Assembly: GCA_963667785.2 (NCBI GenBank)
Contig: CAXXMU010000005.1
Location: 160,001-224,000 of the forward strand
Length of the DNA stretch: 64,000 nt
Origin: Alphaproteobacteria bacterium
GTDB taxonomy: Bacteria > Pseudomonadota > Alphaproteobacteria > UBA828
Direction of reading: 5' to 3'
This document shows, in pieces, positions 1 through 10,961 of the stretch. Position 1 is the first letter of the stretch. Every line of letters starts with the position of its first letter. Below the pieces are notes generated by a model. It did not search any database, had not been told where the DNA came from, and was given only the letters and a program-made list of their open reading frames with translations. Both the position numbers and the translations under genes were made by a program.

Positions 1-2804
1 ACGACGAGGAAGCCGGTGGCGGGCGAGGCGGCGGGTGCGCGCCCGGCGTAACGGGGTGTGCGCGCAGCACCGCCGAGCTCGGTCAGCACCGCCTCGATCC
101 GGGGGGCGACGAAGGTCCAGGCGCCCATGTTCTCGGGCTCCTCCTGGCACCACACCACCTCGGCGTCGCGGTAGGGCGCGACCTCCACCATGAGGCTCCT
201 GCTCGGGAACGGCGCGATCTGCTCCAGCCGCACCAGCGCCACGTCGTCGATGCCGCGCTCCTCCCGCGCCGCGGCCAGGTCGTAATAGACCTTGCCGGAG
301 CAGAAGACGATGCGGCGTGCGCGCTCAGGCCGAACCGCCGGGTTCGTCTCCCCGATCACCCGGTGGAAGCGGCTGCCTCCGCTCATCTCGTCGAGCGCAG
401 ACACGCAGCCCCGGTGGCGCAGCAGCGACTTGGGCGACATGACGATCAGCGGCTTGCGGAAGCTGCGGCGGAGCTGGCGGCGGAGCACGTGGAAGTAGGA
501 GGCGGGCGTGGAGCAGTTCACGACCTGGATGTTGCCGTCGGCATAGAGCTGCAGATAGCGCTCCAGCCTGGCCGAGCTGTGCTCGGGCCCCTGCCCCTCG
601 AAGCCGTGCGGCAGCAGCATGACGAGGCCGGACATGCGCAGCCACTTGGCCTCTCCGGCGCAGACGAACTGGTCGATGATGACCTGGGCGCCGTTGGCGA
701 AGTCGCCGAACTGGGCCTCCCAGATGGCGAGCGCATTGGGGTCCGCGATCGAGTGGCCGTACTCGAAGCCGAGCACGCCCACCTCGGAGAGGAGGCTGTC
801 GGCGAGCTTGAGCCGGGCCTGGCCCGGCCTGATGTTGTTGAGAGGGATGTAGCGGCTCTCGTTCTCCTGATCCACGAGGCCCGCATGGCGCTGGGAGAAG
901 GTGCCACGCGAGCAGTCCTGGCCGGAAAGCCGCACGGGCTTGCCCTCCAGCAGCAGCGAGCCGAAGGCCAGCGCCTCCGCCGTCGCCCAGTCGATCGGAC
1001 CGCCGGCCTCGAGCGACGTGCGCTTCTCGTCGAGCTGACGGCGGATGCGGTGGTGGACGGCGAAATCCTCCGGCACGCTGGTGATGGCGCGGCCGATCTC
1101 GGCCAGCACCTCGGGCGCGACGGCGGTATCGCCCGGCCGCTCGTCGCGGGGCGCCGCCTCGATGTCGGCCCAGTCGCCCTCGAGCCAGTCCGCCTTGTTG
1201 GGGCGGTAGCTCCTGGAGGCTTCGAGCTCGGTCTCCAGCCGCGCCCGGAAGTCCCCCATCATCCGGTCGGCGTCGCGGTCGGTGAGCACGCCCTCGGCCA
1301 CCAGACGCTCGGTGTAGGTCTGGCGGGTCGTGGGCCGCTCGCCGATGGCGCGGTACATCGCCGGCTGGGTGAAGGCCGGCTCGTCGCCTTCGTTGTGGCC
1401 GTGGCGGCGGTAGCAGAAGATGTCCACCACCACGTCCGCCTTGAACTGCTGGCGGTACTCGGCCGCGATCTGGCAGACCCGCACCACTGCCTCGGGATCG
1501 TCCCCGTTCACGTGGAAGACCGGCGCCTGGATAACCTTCGCCACCTCGGAGGGATAGGGCGAGGTGCGCGCCTGGGCGGGGCTCGTGGTGAAGCCGATCT
1601 GGTTGTTGACGACGATGTGGATCGTGCCGCCGGTGCGGTAGGCCCGCAGCTCCGAGAGCTCGAAGACCTCCGAGCAGAGCCCCTGGCCCGCGAGCGCGGC
1701 ATCGCCGTGGATGAGAAGGCCCATGACCCGCTGGCGGGCCTTGTCGCGGCGCATCGCCTGCTTGGCGCGGACCTTGCCCAGCACCACGGGATTGACCGCC
1801 TCCAGGTGCGAGGGGTTGGGCGTGAGCGAGATGTGCAGCGTCTTCCCGCCGCCGAGGTCGCGGTCGGCGGACGCGCCGAGGTGGTACTTCACATCGCCCG
1901 AGCCCTGGACGTCGCCGGCGCCGGTGACGCCCCCCTGGAACTCGGAGAAGACCGCGGCGTAGGACTTGCCCATGATGCTGGTCAGCACGTTGAGCCGGCC
2001 GCGATGGGCCATGCCGATGACGATCTCGTCCACGCCGAGCTCCGCGGCCCGCGCGATGACCGCCTCGAGCGCCGGAATCATGCTCTCCGAGCCCTCGAGC
2101 GAGAAGCGCTTGGCGCCGGCGTACTTCACGTCGAGGAAACGCTCGAAGCCTTCCGATTCGTAGAGCTGGCGCAGGATCTCCGTCTTCTCGCCGCGCGAGA
2201 GCGACTGCCGGTTGCGCTCGCCCTCCATCATCCGCTGCACCCAGGCCTTCCGCTCCGGGTACTGGATGTGCATGAACTCGACGCCGATGCGCGCGCAGTA
2301 GGTCTGCCTGAGGATCGCCAGCACCTCGCGCAGCGTCGCCCGCTTCAGCCCGAGCACGCCGTCGACATAGATGGGGCGGTCGTAGTCGGCCTCCGAGAAG
2401 CCGTAGCTCCTGGGGTCGAGCTCCGGGTGATGGCGCTCGCCCTCGAGACCGAGGGGGTCGAGGCTCGCGATCAGATGGCCGCGCACCCGGTAGGCCCGGA
2501 TCAGCATGAGCGCGCGGATGGAATCGATGGTCTCCGCCTGCACCGGGGCGTCGGCATCGGCTGCCGGCGTCGACGACGCCGGCGGGCGGGGCTCCGGCAG
2601 CCCGAGCGAGCGCGCCTCGTCTCCCTCGGCGGTGCCCGCAGGCGCGCCGTCGCCGCCGGCAGGCCGCCCCTCGCGCTCGAAGAGGCGCCGCCAGCTCGGA
2701 TCGATGGAGGAGGGATCCTGCAGATACCGGGCGTGAAGCTGCTCGATGACGGCGGGATCGGCGCCGCCGAGGAAGGCCGATGCGCCGTCGAGCCCGTCGC
2801 TCAT
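1..2804 (-). CDS. sucA: 2-oxoglutarate dehydrogenase E1 component (3' end runs off the window)
   Basis: Not in the ORF track because there is no stop in the window. Manual translation from ATG 2804 (overlaps the sucD TGA) gives [31 protein letters not shown]..., with [22 protein letters not shown] (TPP motif) and [17 protein letters not shown]. Follows sucCD. Confidence 0.97.
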   Translation of the reverse strand, partial: MSDGLDGASAFLGGADPAVIEQLHARYLQDPSSIDPSWRRLFEREGRPAGGDGAPAGTAEGDEARSLGLPEPRPPASSTPAADADAPVQAETIDSIRALMLIRAYRVRGHLIASLDPLGLEGERHHPELDPRSYGFSEADYDRPIYVDGVLGLKRATLREVLAILRQTYCARIGVEFMHIQYPERKAWVQRMMEGERNRQSLSRGEKTEILRQLYESEGFERFLDVKYAGAKRFSLEGSESMIPALEAVIARAAELGVDEIVIGMAHRGRLNVLTSIMGKSYAAVFSEFQGGVTGAGDVQGSGDVKYHLGASADRDLGGGKTLHISLTPNPSHLEAVNPVVLGKVRAKQAMRRDKARQRVMGLLIHGDAALAGQGLCSEVFELSELRAYRTGGTIHIVVNNQIGFTTSPAQARTSPYPSEVAKVIQAPVFHVNGDDPEAVVRVCQIAAEYRQQFKADVVVDIFCYRRHGHNEGDEPAFTQPAMYRAIGERPTTRQTYTERLVAEGVLTDRDADRMMGDFRARLETELEASRSYRPNKADWLEGDWADIEAAPRDERPGDTAVAPEVLAEIGRAITSVPEDFAVHHRIRRQLDEKRTSLEAGGPIDWATAEALAFGSLLLEGKPVRLSGQDCSRGTFSQRHAGLVDQENESRYIPLNNIRPGQARLKLADSLLSEVGVLGFEYGHSIADPNALAIWEAQFGDFANGAQVIIDQFVCAGEAKWLRMSGLVMLLPHGFEGQGPEHSSARLERYLQLYADGNIQVVNCSTPASYFHVLRRQLRRSFRKPLIVMSPKSLLRHRGCVSALDEMSGGSRFHRVIGETNPAVRPERARRIVFCSGKVYYDLAAAREERGIDDVALVRLEQIAPFPSRSLMVEVAPYRDAEVVWCQEEPENMGAWTFVAPRIEAVLTELGGAARTPRYAGRAPAASPATGFLV

Positions 2805-3700
2805 GCCGCCCGCCCCGGTCGCCGCCCGCTGCGGAGCACGTCGAGCACCGTGGTGCCGATGGCCGCGGGCGATTCCGCCACCGTTATGCCGGCGCTCCGC
2901 ATGGCCTCGATCTTGTCTCCGGCCCCGCCCTTGCCGCCCGAGATGATGGCGCCGGCATGGCCCATGCGCCGGCCGGGCGGCGCCGTGAGGCCGGCGATGA
3001 AGCCGACGACGGGCTTGGCGAGCTTCTCCGCGCGCACGAACTCGGCGGCCTTTTCCTCCGCCGTACCGCCGATCTCGCCGATCATCACGATGGCCTCGGT
3101 CTCCTCGTCGCCGGCGAAGAGGGCCAGGCAGTCGATGAAGTCCGTGCCGGCGACGGGATCGCCGCCGATGCCTATGCAGGTGGACTGGCCCAGGCCCGCG
3201 GCGCTGGTCTGACCCACCGCCTCGTATGTAAGCGTGCCCGAGCGCGAGACAATGCCGATCGAGCCGCGCCGGTGGATGTGGCCCGGCATGATGCCGATCT
3301 TGCACTCGTCCGGCGTGATGACGCCGGGGCAGTTGGGGCCGATGAGGCGGGTGCGGCTGCCGTCGAGCGCCCGCTTGACCCGCACCATGTCGAGCACCGG
3401 GATGCCCTCGGTGATGCAGACGACGAGGGGGATGCCTGCGTCGATCGCCTCCAGGATAGCGTCGGCCGCGAACGGCGCCGGCACGTAGATGACGGAGGCG
3501 TCGGCGCCGGTGCCCGCGCGGGCGGCCGCCACGGTATCGAAGACGGGCAGCCCGAGATGGCTGCCACCGCCCTTGCCGGGGGTGACGCCGCCCACCATGC
3601 GCGTGCCGTAGGCGATCGCCTGCTCCGAGTGGAAGGTGCCCTGGGCCCCGGTGAGCCCTTGGCAGATGACGCGCGTCCCGCGATCGACGAGGACCGCCAT
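2801..3700 (-). CDS. sucD: succinyl-CoA synthetase alpha subunit
   Basis: [33 protein letters not shown] (phospho-His). Confidence 0.98.
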   Translation of the reverse strand: MAVLVDRGTRVICQGLTGAQGTFHSEQAIAYGTRMVGGVTPGKGGGSHLGLPVFDTVAAARAGTGADASVIYVPAPFAADAILEAIDAGIPLVVCITEGIPVLDMVRVKRALDGSRTRLIGPNCPGVITPDECKIGIMPGHIHRRGSIGIVSRSGTLTYEAVGQTSAAGLGQSTCIGIGGDPVAGTDFIDCLALFAGDEETEAIVMIGEIGGTAEEKAAEFVRAEKLAKPVVGFIAGLTAPPGRRMGHAGAIISGGKGGAGDKIEAMRSAGITVAESPAAIGTTVLDVLRSGRRPGRAA

Positions 3701-4869
3701 CAGCCGGCCCGCCCGATGGCCGCGACCACCTTCGCTGCGGCATCGCCGAGATCGTCCGCCGCGATCAGGTCGATGCCGGCCCCGGCGAGGATCGCCTTGC
3801 CCTTCTCCACGTTGGTGCCTTCGAGGCGGACCACGAGGGGCAGCTCCAGCGCCACCTCCCGCGCGGCCGCGACGATGCCTTCGGCGATCACGTCGCAGCG
3901 CATGATGCCGCCGAAGATGTTGACCAGGATGCCGCGCACGTTGGCATCCGAGAGGATGATCTTGAAGGCCTCGGTGACCCGCTCGCGGCTGGCGCCGCCG
4001 CCGACATCGAGGAAGTTGGCGGGCTCGGCGCCGTGCAGCTTGATGATGTCCATGGTCGCCATGGCGAGGCCCGCGCCGTTCACCATGCAGCCGATGTCGC
4101 CGTCGAGCTTGACGTAGCTGAGCCCGTGCTCGGCCGCGGCGCGCTCTGCCGGGTCCTCCTCGTCCGCATCGCGCAGCGCGGCGATCTCGCCGCGGCGGTA
4201 GAGCGCGTTGTCGTCGATGCCGACCTTCGCATCGAGGGCGACGAGCGCGCCCTCCGACGTCTCGATCAGGGGGTTGATCTCGACCAGGCTCGCGTCGGTG
4301 CCGTGCACCGCGTCGTGGACCGCGCGCGCGAGCCGGCCCGCCGCCTTCGCGCTTTCGCCCGAAAGCCCGAGGCCGAAGGCGAGGCTGCGCCCGTGGTGCG
4401 GCTGGAAGCCGCTGGCCGGGTCCACCGCCACGGTCACGATGGCGTCGGGGCTGCGGGCCGCGACCTCCTCGATGTCGACGCCGCCTTCGGCCGACGCCAT
4501 CAGCGCGACGCGGCCGCTTTCGCGATCCACCACCGCGCCGAGATAGTACTCGTGCGCGATGTCGGCTCCCTCCTCCAGGTAGACGCGGCGTACCTCGCGG
4601 CCCGCCGGGCCCGTCTGGTGGGTGACGAGAACGGTGCCGAACATGGCGCGCGCCGCCTCGATCGCCGCCTGCCGGCTGGTGCAGACCTTGACGCCGCCCG
4701 CCTTGCCGCGCCCGCCCGCGTGGATCTGCGCCTTCACCACCCAGACCGGGCCGCCGAGCCGGTCGACGGCGGCCTCGACCTCGGCGGGCGCTAGCACGGG
4801 CACGCCGCGCGGCACGGGCACGCCGAACCCCGCCAGCACCTGCTTGGCCTGATATTCGTGGAGGTTCAT
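3700..4869 (-). CDS. sucC: succinyl-CoA synthetase beta subunit
   Basis: [48 protein letters not shown]. Confidence 0.98.
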   Translation of the reverse strand: MNLHEYQAKQVLAGFGVPVPRGVPVLAPAEVEAAVDRLGGPVWVVKAQIHAGGRGKAGGVKVCTSRQAAIEAARAMFGTVLVTHQTGPAGREVRRVYLEEGADIAHEYYLGAVVDRESGRVALMASAEGGVDIEEVAARSPDAIVTVAVDPASGFQPHHGRSLAFGLGLSGESAKAAGRLARAVHDAVHGTDASLVEINPLIETSEGALVALDAKVGIDDNALYRRGEIAALRDADEEDPAERAAAEHGLSYVKLDGDIGCMVNGAGLAMATMDIIKLHGAEPANFLDVGGGASRERVTEAFKIILSDANVRGILVNIFGGIMRCDVIAEGIVAAAREVALELPLVVRLEGTNVEKGKAILAGAGIDLIAADDLGDAAAKVVAAIGRAG

Positions 4870-5065
4870 GGGGCCGTTCCGTCGGCGCGAGAATGAGGGC
4901 GCGCCGTTATAGCATTCCGCCGCCTGCGCGGGCTATCGCGGCGGGCGGCGGACGACGGGCGATTCTCGACAGGCGGTTGCGTTCCGTACGCGGTGTTGGG
5001 ACCATGGCCCGACCCGGCGCAGGAAAGCGATCGGGACCCACATCAGCGGGCGGCGGGGCGCCAGC

Positions 5066-5773
5066 GTGACCGATATCGGCGAGGCCTTCGCGGCGGCCTT
5101 CTCCCTCGTCTACCACCTCGACCGGGATCTGGGAGAGATCGTGCTTCTCTCGCTCCAGGTCAGCGTCGGCGCCGTGGCGGTGGCGAGCGTCGTCGGCCTG
5201 CCGCTGGGCGCCGCGGTCGCGCTCTTCCGCTTCCCCGGCCGGGGCGCCATCGTCGTCCTGCTCAACGCGCTGATGGGCCTGCCGCCGGTGGTGGTGGGGC
5301 TGGTGGTCTATCTGGTGCTGTCGCGGGCCGGCCCGCTCGGCGTCCTCGGCCTGCTCTTCACGCCGACGGCCATGGTCATCGCACAGGTGCTGCTGGTGGC
5401 CCCGATCATCGCGGCGCTGGCGCGCCAGGTGATCGAGGACATGTGGGGCGAATACGAGGAGCAGCTCCGCTCCCTCGGCGCGACGCCGCGGCGCGCGCTC
5501 GCGGCCCTGCTCTGGGACGGGCGGGTCAGCCTGCTGACCGCCGTGCTCGCGGGCTTCGGCCGGGCCATCGCCGAGGTCGGCGCGGTGATGATCGTCGGCG
5601 GCAACATCGACCACGTCACCCGGGTGATGACCACGGCGATCGCGCTCGAGGTCTCCAAGGGCGATCTCGCGCTGGCGCTCGGCCTCGGCATCGTGCTGGT
5701 GGCGCTCTCGATCGCCGTCAGCGCCGCGGTGGCCCTCCTGCGCGGCACGCTGGCGCAGGCGCGGGTGCAATGA
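5066..5773 (+). CDS. tupB: tungstate ABC transporter permease
   Basis: LMGLPPVVVGL, GFGRAIAEVGAVMIVGGNI, TRVMTTAIALE; adjacent to ATPase and TupA-like binding protein. Confidence 0.88.
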   Translation: MTDIGEAFAAAFSLVYHLDRDLGEIVLLSLQVSVGAVAVASVVGLPLGAAVALFRFPGRGAIVVLLNALMGLPPVVVGLVVYLVLSRAGPLGVLGLLFTPTAMVIAQVLLVAPIIAALARQVIEDMWGEYEEQLRSLGATPRRALAALLWDGRVSLLTAVLAGFGRAIAEVGAVMIVGGNIDHVTRVMTTAIALEVSKGDLALALGLGIVLVALSIAVSAAVALLRGTLAQARVQ

Positions 5774-5811
5774 CGGACGCGATGACCGACGCGATGACCG
5801 ACGCGATGACG
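5770..5811 (+). repeat. 12-bp tandem repeat ATGAC(C/G)GACGCG x3.5 encoding MTDA-MTDA-MTDA-MT
   Basis: atgacggacgcg atgaccgacgcg atgaccgacgcg atgacg read directly. Confidence 0.9.
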
Positions 5812-6567
5812 GCGCCGTCCATCCTGCCGCTGGAACTGCGCGGCGTGAGCTTCGAGCGCGACCGGCAGCGGCTTCTCAAGGAGGTCTCGGTGCGCATCGC
5901 CGCGGGACCGAAGACGATCATCCTCGGCCCCAACGGCGCCGGAAAGAGCCTCCTGCTCAGGCTCTGCCACGGGCTGATCGCGCCGAGCGAGGGCGAGGTG
6001 CTGTGGCTGGGCGCCGACGGCCGCGATCCGCTGCGCTTCCAGGCGATGGTGATGCAGCGCCCGGTGATGCTGCGCCGCTCGGTCGCCGCCAACATCGACT
6101 TCGCGCTCAGCCTGCGGCGCATCCCCCGGCCGGAGCGCCGGCGGCTGATCGGCCAGGCACTGGAGCGGACCGGCCTCGGCGCCTTCGCGCGGGTGCCGGC
6201 GCGCGTGCTCTCCTTCGGCGAGCAGCAGCGCCTCGCGCTGGCGCGGTCCTGGGCGCTCCGACCCCAGGTGCTCTTCCTCGACGAGCCGACGGCCAATCTC
6301 GACCCGGCGGCGACCCACGTGATAGAGGACGCGATCGAGGCGATGGCCCGGGAGGGGACCAAGATCGTCATGACCACCCACGATCTGGGCCAGGCGCGCC
6401 GGCTCGCGGACGAGGTGATGTTCCTGCACCGCGGGCGCCTGCTGGAGCGTGCAGGCGCGGACGCGTTCTTCGCCGGGCCGGAGAACGAGCTGGCCGGCGC
6501 CTTCCTGCGCGGCGAGCTGCTCTGGTGGGAACGGCGCGAGCTCACCCCGCCCACGGCGCGCGCCTGA
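5770..6567 (+). CDS. tupC: tungstate ABC transporter ATP-binding protein
   Basis: C-terminal part of ORF 4993..6567; ATG 5770 overlaps the tupB stop; Walker A GPNGAGKS, LSFGEQQR, Walker B LFLDEPTANLD. Confidence 0.88.
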   Translation: MTDAMTDAMTDAMTAPSILPLELRGVSFERDRQRLLKEVSVRIAAGPKTIILGPNGAGKSLLLRLCHGLIAPSEGEVLWLGADGRDPLRFQAMVMQRPVMLRRSVAANIDFALSLRRIPRPERRRLIGQALERTGLGAFARVPARVLSFGEQQRLALARSWALRPQVLFLDEPTANLDPAATHVIEDAIEAMAREGTKIVMTTHDLGQARRLADEVMFLHRGRLLERAGADAFFAGPENELAGAFLRGELLWWERRELTPPTARA

Positions 6568-6578
6568 GGGCCGTCTTC

Positions 6579-7427
6579 GTGAGAATCCTACGCGCCGGGG
6601 CGCCCGCCCGCGCCTTGCGTTCGCTCCCGGCGCTGGCGCTCGGGCTGGCCGTCGTGCTGGCGGCGCCGGTGGCAGGTGCCGGCGACTTCATCACCGTCGC
6701 CTCCACCACGTCGACCCAGAACGCCGGCCTCTTCGACCATCTCCTGCCGCTCTTCGAGGCGGAGACCGGCATCGAGGTGCGCGTGGTCGCGGTCGGCACC
6801 GGCCAGGCGCTCCGGCTCGCGCGCAACGGCGATGCGGACCTCCTGCTGGTGCACGACAGGCCGTCCGAGGAAGCCTTCGTCGCAGCGGGCCACGGCAGCC
6901 GGCGCTTCGACCTGATGTACAACGACTTCGTGCTCGTCGGCCCCGCCGGCGACCCGGCCGGGATCGCGGGGGCAGGCGACGCGGCGGCGGCGCTCGGGCG
7001 GATCGCCGCGGTGCGCGCGCCCTTCCTCAGCCGGGGCGACGACAGCGGCACCCACCGCCGCGAGCGCGCGCTCTGGGCCGCCGCCGGGCTCGACCCCAGA
7101 GACGCCTCGGGCACCTGGTACCGCGAGGCGGGCCAGGGCATGGGGGCCACGCTCAACACGGCATCGATGATGGAGGCCTATACGCTCACCGACCGCGGCA
7201 CCTGGCTGAAGATGCGGGGCCGCCTCGACCTCCGCCTCCTGGTCGAAGGCGGGGCGGGGCTCCGCAACGAGTACGGCGTCACCCTGGTGAGCCCGGAGAA
7301 GCACCCTCACGTCAAGGCCGCGCTGGCGCGGCGCTTCGCCGCGTGGCTGATCTCGCCGGCGGGCCAGGCGGCGATCGAGGGCTTCACCATCGACGGCGAG
7401 CGACCCTTCATCCCCAACGCGAACTAG
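6579..7427 (+). CDS. tupA: tungstate ABC transporter periplasmic binding protein
   Basis: Signal-peptide-like N-terminus, ASTTSTQNAGL, VAVGTGQAL, FLSRGDDSGTH, GMGATLN; start (GTG 6579) approximate. Confidence 0.88.
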   Translation: MRILRAGAPARALRSLPALALGLAVVLAAPVAGAGDFITVASTTSTQNAGLFDHLLPLFEAETGIEVRVVAVGTGQALRLARNGDADLLLVHDRPSEEAFVAAGHGSRRFDLMYNDFVLVGPAGDPAGIAGAGDAAAALGRIAAVRAPFLSRGDDSGTHRRERALWAAAGLDPRDASGTWYREAGQGMGATLNTASMMEAYTLTDRGTWLKMRGRLDLRLLVEGGAGLRNEYGVTLVSPEKHPHVKAALARRFAAWLISPAGQAAIEGFTIDGERPFIPNAN

Positions 7428-7497
7428 CAATGTCCCGAGCATTCGGATAAGCGGGTTCGGTCCGGGCCGATCCGGGCAGAGCCGCGGAGGCGGAGCC

Positions 7498-8817
7498 ATG
7501 GCACGGGTGCGCATTCTACCGAAGGAAGACGCCACCAACGGCTGGAGCCGGATCCTGCCTCCGCGCGAGCCGACGCCGGCGCTGAAGGGCGACGTCCGCG
7601 CCGACTGGCTGGTGGTGGGCGCCGGCTTCGCCGGCCTCGCCGCGGCGCGCCGGCTCGCCGAGAACCGGCCCGACGACCACATCGTGCTGCTGGAGGCGCA
7701 CGAGGTGGGCGAGGGCGCGTCGGGACGCAATTCGGGCTTCGCCATCGACCTGCCGCACAATGTCGGCGGCGAGTTCGAGGAGCTGGAGGGCGCGCAGGGC
7801 TATATCCGGCTCAGCCGGGCGGCGATCGGCTATCTCGACCGCTGCGTGGCGGAGAACGGGATCGACTGCGCCTACACCCGGCGCGGCAAGTACCACGCCG
7901 CGCGCACGGACCTCGGGCGCGAGAAGATCCTTGAGCCGTTCGCGCGCACGCTCGACGGGCTGGGCGAGCCCTATCGCTGGGTCGACGCCGCCGCGCTCAA
8001 GCGGGAGCTCGGCATCACCTATCACACGTCTGCGCTCTACACGCCGGGCGGGCGGCTGATGAACCCGGCGGGGCTCACCAAGGGCCTCGCCGCCACCTTG
8101 CCCGGCAACGTGACGCTGCACGAGCGCACGCCGGTCATGGAGGTGGAGGAGCGGAACGGCGTTCGCGCGACCACCCCCGGCGGCAGCGTGGACGCGCAGG
8201 CCATGGTGCTCGCGGTGAACGGCTTTGCGCCGCAGTTCTCGGTCTTCAAGGGCTCGCTCCTCACCTTCGCGGCCCACGGCAGCCTGACCCGGCCGCTCAC
8301 CGACGCCGAGCACCAGGCGCTGGGCGGCGTGGACGACTGGGGCCTCACGCCGGCCAACTCCCACATCAGCGTGACCCTGCGCTACACGACGGACCGGCGC
8401 ATCCTCGTCCGCCAGCGCTTCTTCTACGCGCCCAGGCTGCGGCGCCCGGACGCGGAGATGGAGACCATCCGCCGCGACCATCAGCGGGCCTTCGCGGCAC
8501 GCTTCCCGATGCTGCCGGAGGTCACGATCGAGCACACCTGGCGCGGCTATGTCTGCCTCTCGCGCAACCACGCGCCGGGCTTCGGCCGGGTGGGCCCCCA
8601 CAGCTTCGCCGCGGTCTGCCAGAACGGGGTCGGCGTGACCAAGGGCACGATCTCGGGCGTGCTCGCGGCGGACATGGCATGCGGCGAGGACAATGCGCTC
8701 ATCGCCGACATGGAGGAGCAGGGGAAGCCCTCTCCGCTGCCGGCGGCGCCGCTGACCGCGCTCGGCGTCCGCGCCCGCCTCGCCCTCGACGAAATCCGCT
8801 GGCGCAGGGAGCGTTAG
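7498..8817 (+). CDS. FAD-dependent oxidoreductase (DAO family, PuuB/OrdL-like)
   Basis: VVGAGFAGL dinucleotide motif, GASGRNSGF, C-terminal QNGVGVTKGT; substrate unknown. Confidence 0.85.
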   Translation: MARVRILPKEDATNGWSRILPPREPTPALKGDVRADWLVVGAGFAGLAAARRLAENRPDDHIVLLEAHEVGEGASGRNSGFAIDLPHNVGGEFEELEGAQGYIRLSRAAIGYLDRCVAENGIDCAYTRRGKYHAARTDLGREKILEPFARTLDGLGEPYRWVDAAALKRELGITYHTSALYTPGGRLMNPAGLTKGLAATLPGNVTLHERTPVMEVEERNGVRATTPGGSVDAQAMVLAVNGFAPQFSVFKGSLLTFAAHGSLTRPLTDAEHQALGGVDDWGLTPANSHISVTLRYTTDRRILVRQRFFYAPRLRRPDAEMETIRRDHQRAFAARFPMLPEVTIEHTWRGYVCLSRNHAPGFGRVGPHSFAAVCQNGVGVTKGTISGVLAADMACGEDNALIADMEEQGKPSPLPAAPLTALGVRARLALDEIRWRRER

Positions 8818-8978
8818 CGCGTCCGACTTCGACGGACGCGCTGCAGGCCGCGACCGCGGCCCGCCGCTTATGCGGCGCGCTCGCGCAGGCGCCGGCCGTT
8901 GCGCGGAATCGCGGGACGGCCGGCTGCCGTGAGCGACAAAGAGGCTGGAGCGTTCCGCGTTAAGACGGATACGCTCTA
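8815..8978 (-). repeat. ~165 bp structured intergenic repeat (MITE/RIME-like), copy 1
   Basis: Reverse complement aligns colinearly with 21656..21821 and 13146..13256; fills the whole gap from TAG 8815-8817 to the TAG of the convergent gene at 8976-8978. Confidence 0.9.
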
Positions 8979-9839
8979 CCCCACCGTTCCTCCGTTCAGC
9001 TCCTGCCGCAGTTCGCGCAGGAAGTCGCCGGCCGCGTGGGCCGGCACGGTCGCGGCCCGCACCAGGGCGTCGAAGTGGCGCGTGAGCACGCGGATATGCT
9101 CCAGCGTGTTGAAGGCGAAGAACATCTGGCCGACATAGACCACCGCCCGCTGCGGCCCGAACACCGTGTAGGGCACGGAGAAGTGGGTGCGGCCGTCGAA
9201 GAAGAACACGCGGAGCGTGGGGTAGAGCTCGTCGATCAGCGCGATCATGTGATCGAGCTGCTCGCGCCTGGCCGCCAGCGAGAGATCGCGCCAGATGCCC
9301 TCGGCTCTGGCGAAGGACTCGAGTGACTGGCGCGACTGGCCGATCTCGATGTCCGTCTCGGGCAGCCGGACATAGGCGAGGCGGCCGTGCGAGACGGCGA
9401 TTGCGCGGTCGGCGGAGCGGGCGGCGAAGTCGCGATACTCGTAGTCCAGCACCTCCTCGGTCTTCATCAGGTCGGGCAGGGTCGCCGGCACGTGGCGGAT
9501 CTTGTAGCCGGCCGCCTCGGCGTGCCAAGCGGCGAGACTCTCGTCCACCGGCTCGTCGGCGCTCGGCATCACCTCCACCGATTCGTGCAGGATGTCGGCG
9601 CCGAGCTTGGCCTCCTGGCTGAGGCCGAGCAGCCAGTCGAGGCTGACGTGGAGCGCGGACGCGATCGCCGCCGCGGTATCGGCGCGGGGGAGCCGGTCGG
9701 CGTCGGGCGCGAGAAGCTGCGAGACGGTGGAGCGGTCGATGCCGATCCGCGCGGCGAGCCGGGAGCGGTTGACCCGCCCGCTCGTCATGGCTTCGTGCAG
9801 CCGCTCGCGGAAGCGTTGCGCCGTGTCACGCCTGTCCAT
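8976..9839 (-). CDS. XRE-family HTH transcriptional regulator with large C-terminal domain
   Basis: N-terminal NRSRLAARIGIDRSTVSQLL...LHVSLDWLLG HTH; divergent from the desaturase operon. Confidence 0.85.
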   Translation of the reverse strand: MDRRDTAQRFRERLHEAMTSGRVNRSRLAARIGIDRSTVSQLLAPDADRLPRADTAAAIASALHVSLDWLLGLSQEAKLGADILHESVEVMPSADEPVDESLAAWHAEAAGYKIRHVPATLPDLMKTEEVLDYEYRDFAARSADRAIAVSHGRLAYVRLPETDIEIGQSRQSLESFARAEGIWRDLSLAARREQLDHMIALIDELYPTLRVFFFDGRTHFSVPYTVFGPQRAVVYVGQMFFAFNTLEHIRVLTRHFDALVRAATVPAHAAGDFLRELRQELNGGTVG

Positions 9840-10010
9840 GAGCCTTCTCCCCGACTGGTGTAGAACATCACGCTATTGCGTGTTTTATCACGTAATCGGA
9901 GTAACCGGCGCGGCTTGTGACGGAATGGGCGAATTCCCTCGTTGTTTCACCGATTGCAGCGCCACAGAGTGGCCTGTCGTCGCCACGATTGCCGGGTCTT
10001 CGCGCTGCAC

Positions 10011-10958
10011 ATGCTCGATCAATCCCTCGATAGAGCGCAGGTTCGTGGCCTCTGGCGCCGCATCGAGGGGCCGACCTGGCTCGTGGCGACGACGGTCCAC
10101 GGCGGGTGGTTCGCGCTCACCTGGTTCCACCATGCGCTCCCCTGGTGGCTGATCCTGCCGCTGGGCGGCTGGCTGGTCGCCTGGCACGGCAGCCTGCAGC
10201 ACGAGGTGCTGCACGGCCATCCGACGCGCCGGCGGGCGTTCAACACGGCGCTGGCGCTGGCCCCTCTCCTCCTGTGGCTGCCCTATCCGCTCTACCGCGA
10301 CCGCCACCTCCGGCACCACGCCACGCCGCATCTGACAGACCCGCTGGACGACACCGAGAGCTTCTACGTCACCGCCGCCGCGTGGCGGCGCCTCGGGCCC
10401 GTGGGGCGGCTCATCCTCAGGGTCCACAACACGCTCGCGGGCCGGCTGCTCATCGGGCCGCCGCTCACGGTCCTCCTCTTCTGGCGGGAGGAGGGCGCGC
10501 GCCTCGTCCGCCGCGAGCCGGGATGCATCGGCATCTGGGCCTCCCACGCGGCGCTGACGGCGCTGCTGCTCTACTGGGTGGTCGGCGTCTGCGGCATCCC
10601 GCTCTGGGCCTACGTGCTGCTCTACGCCTATCCGGGCACCGCGCTGATCCTGCTGCGCTCCTACTACGAGCACCGCCCGGCGGCGGACCAGGCGGAGCGC
10701 ACCGCCATCGTCGAGGCCGGGCCCCTGATGACGCTGCTCTATCTCGGCAACAACCTGCACGCCCTCCACCACCAGCGGCCGGGCATCCCGTGGTACGACC
10801 TGCCCCGCACGTACCGGGCGGAGCGCGAGGACCTGCTCGCCGCAAATGGCGGCTTCCTGTTCGCCGGATACGGCGATATCGTGCGGCGATTCCTGTGGCG
10901 GGAGAAGGATTCGCCGCTGCATCCGGGACCTGCCGCAGGCACCCACCAGGAGGGCTAG
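10011..10958 (+). CDS. membrane fatty-acid-desaturase-family di-iron protein
   Basis: His boxes HEVLHGH, HLRHH, EH...HALHH and several hydrophobic segments; start at ATG 10011 chosen. Confidence 0.88.
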   Translation: MLDQSLDRAQVRGLWRRIEGPTWLVATTVHGGWFALTWFHHALPWWLILPLGGWLVAWHGSLQHEVLHGHPTRRRAFNTALALAPLLLWLPYPLYRDRHLRHHATPHLTDPLDDTESFYVTAAAWRRLGPVGRLILRVHNTLAGRLLIGPPLTVLLFWREEGARLVRREPGCIGIWASHAALTALLLYWVVGVCGIPLWAYVLLYAYPGTALILLRSYYEHRPAADQAERTAIVEAGPLMTLLYLGNNLHALHHQRPGIPWYDLPRTYRAEREDLLAANGGFLFAGYGDIVRRFLWREKDSPLHPGPAAGTHQEG

Positions 10959-10961
10959 CGC

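Noticed and set aside
363-3212. 949-aa plus-strand ORF and many other long ORFs (e.g. 34863-37586, 41571-44636, 56526-59360, 61297-63618)
   Set aside because: Antisense or alternate-frame shadows of recognisable genes in high-GC DNA; no family motifs.
4905-4940. Possible ModE box upstream of tupB
   Set aside because: Only a loose CGTTATAGC...GCTATCGCG inverted repeat with the wrong spacing.
9855-9900. AT-rich stretch with TGTAGAACA as the XRE operator
   Set aside because: Plausible location but the palindrome is too short to support a call.
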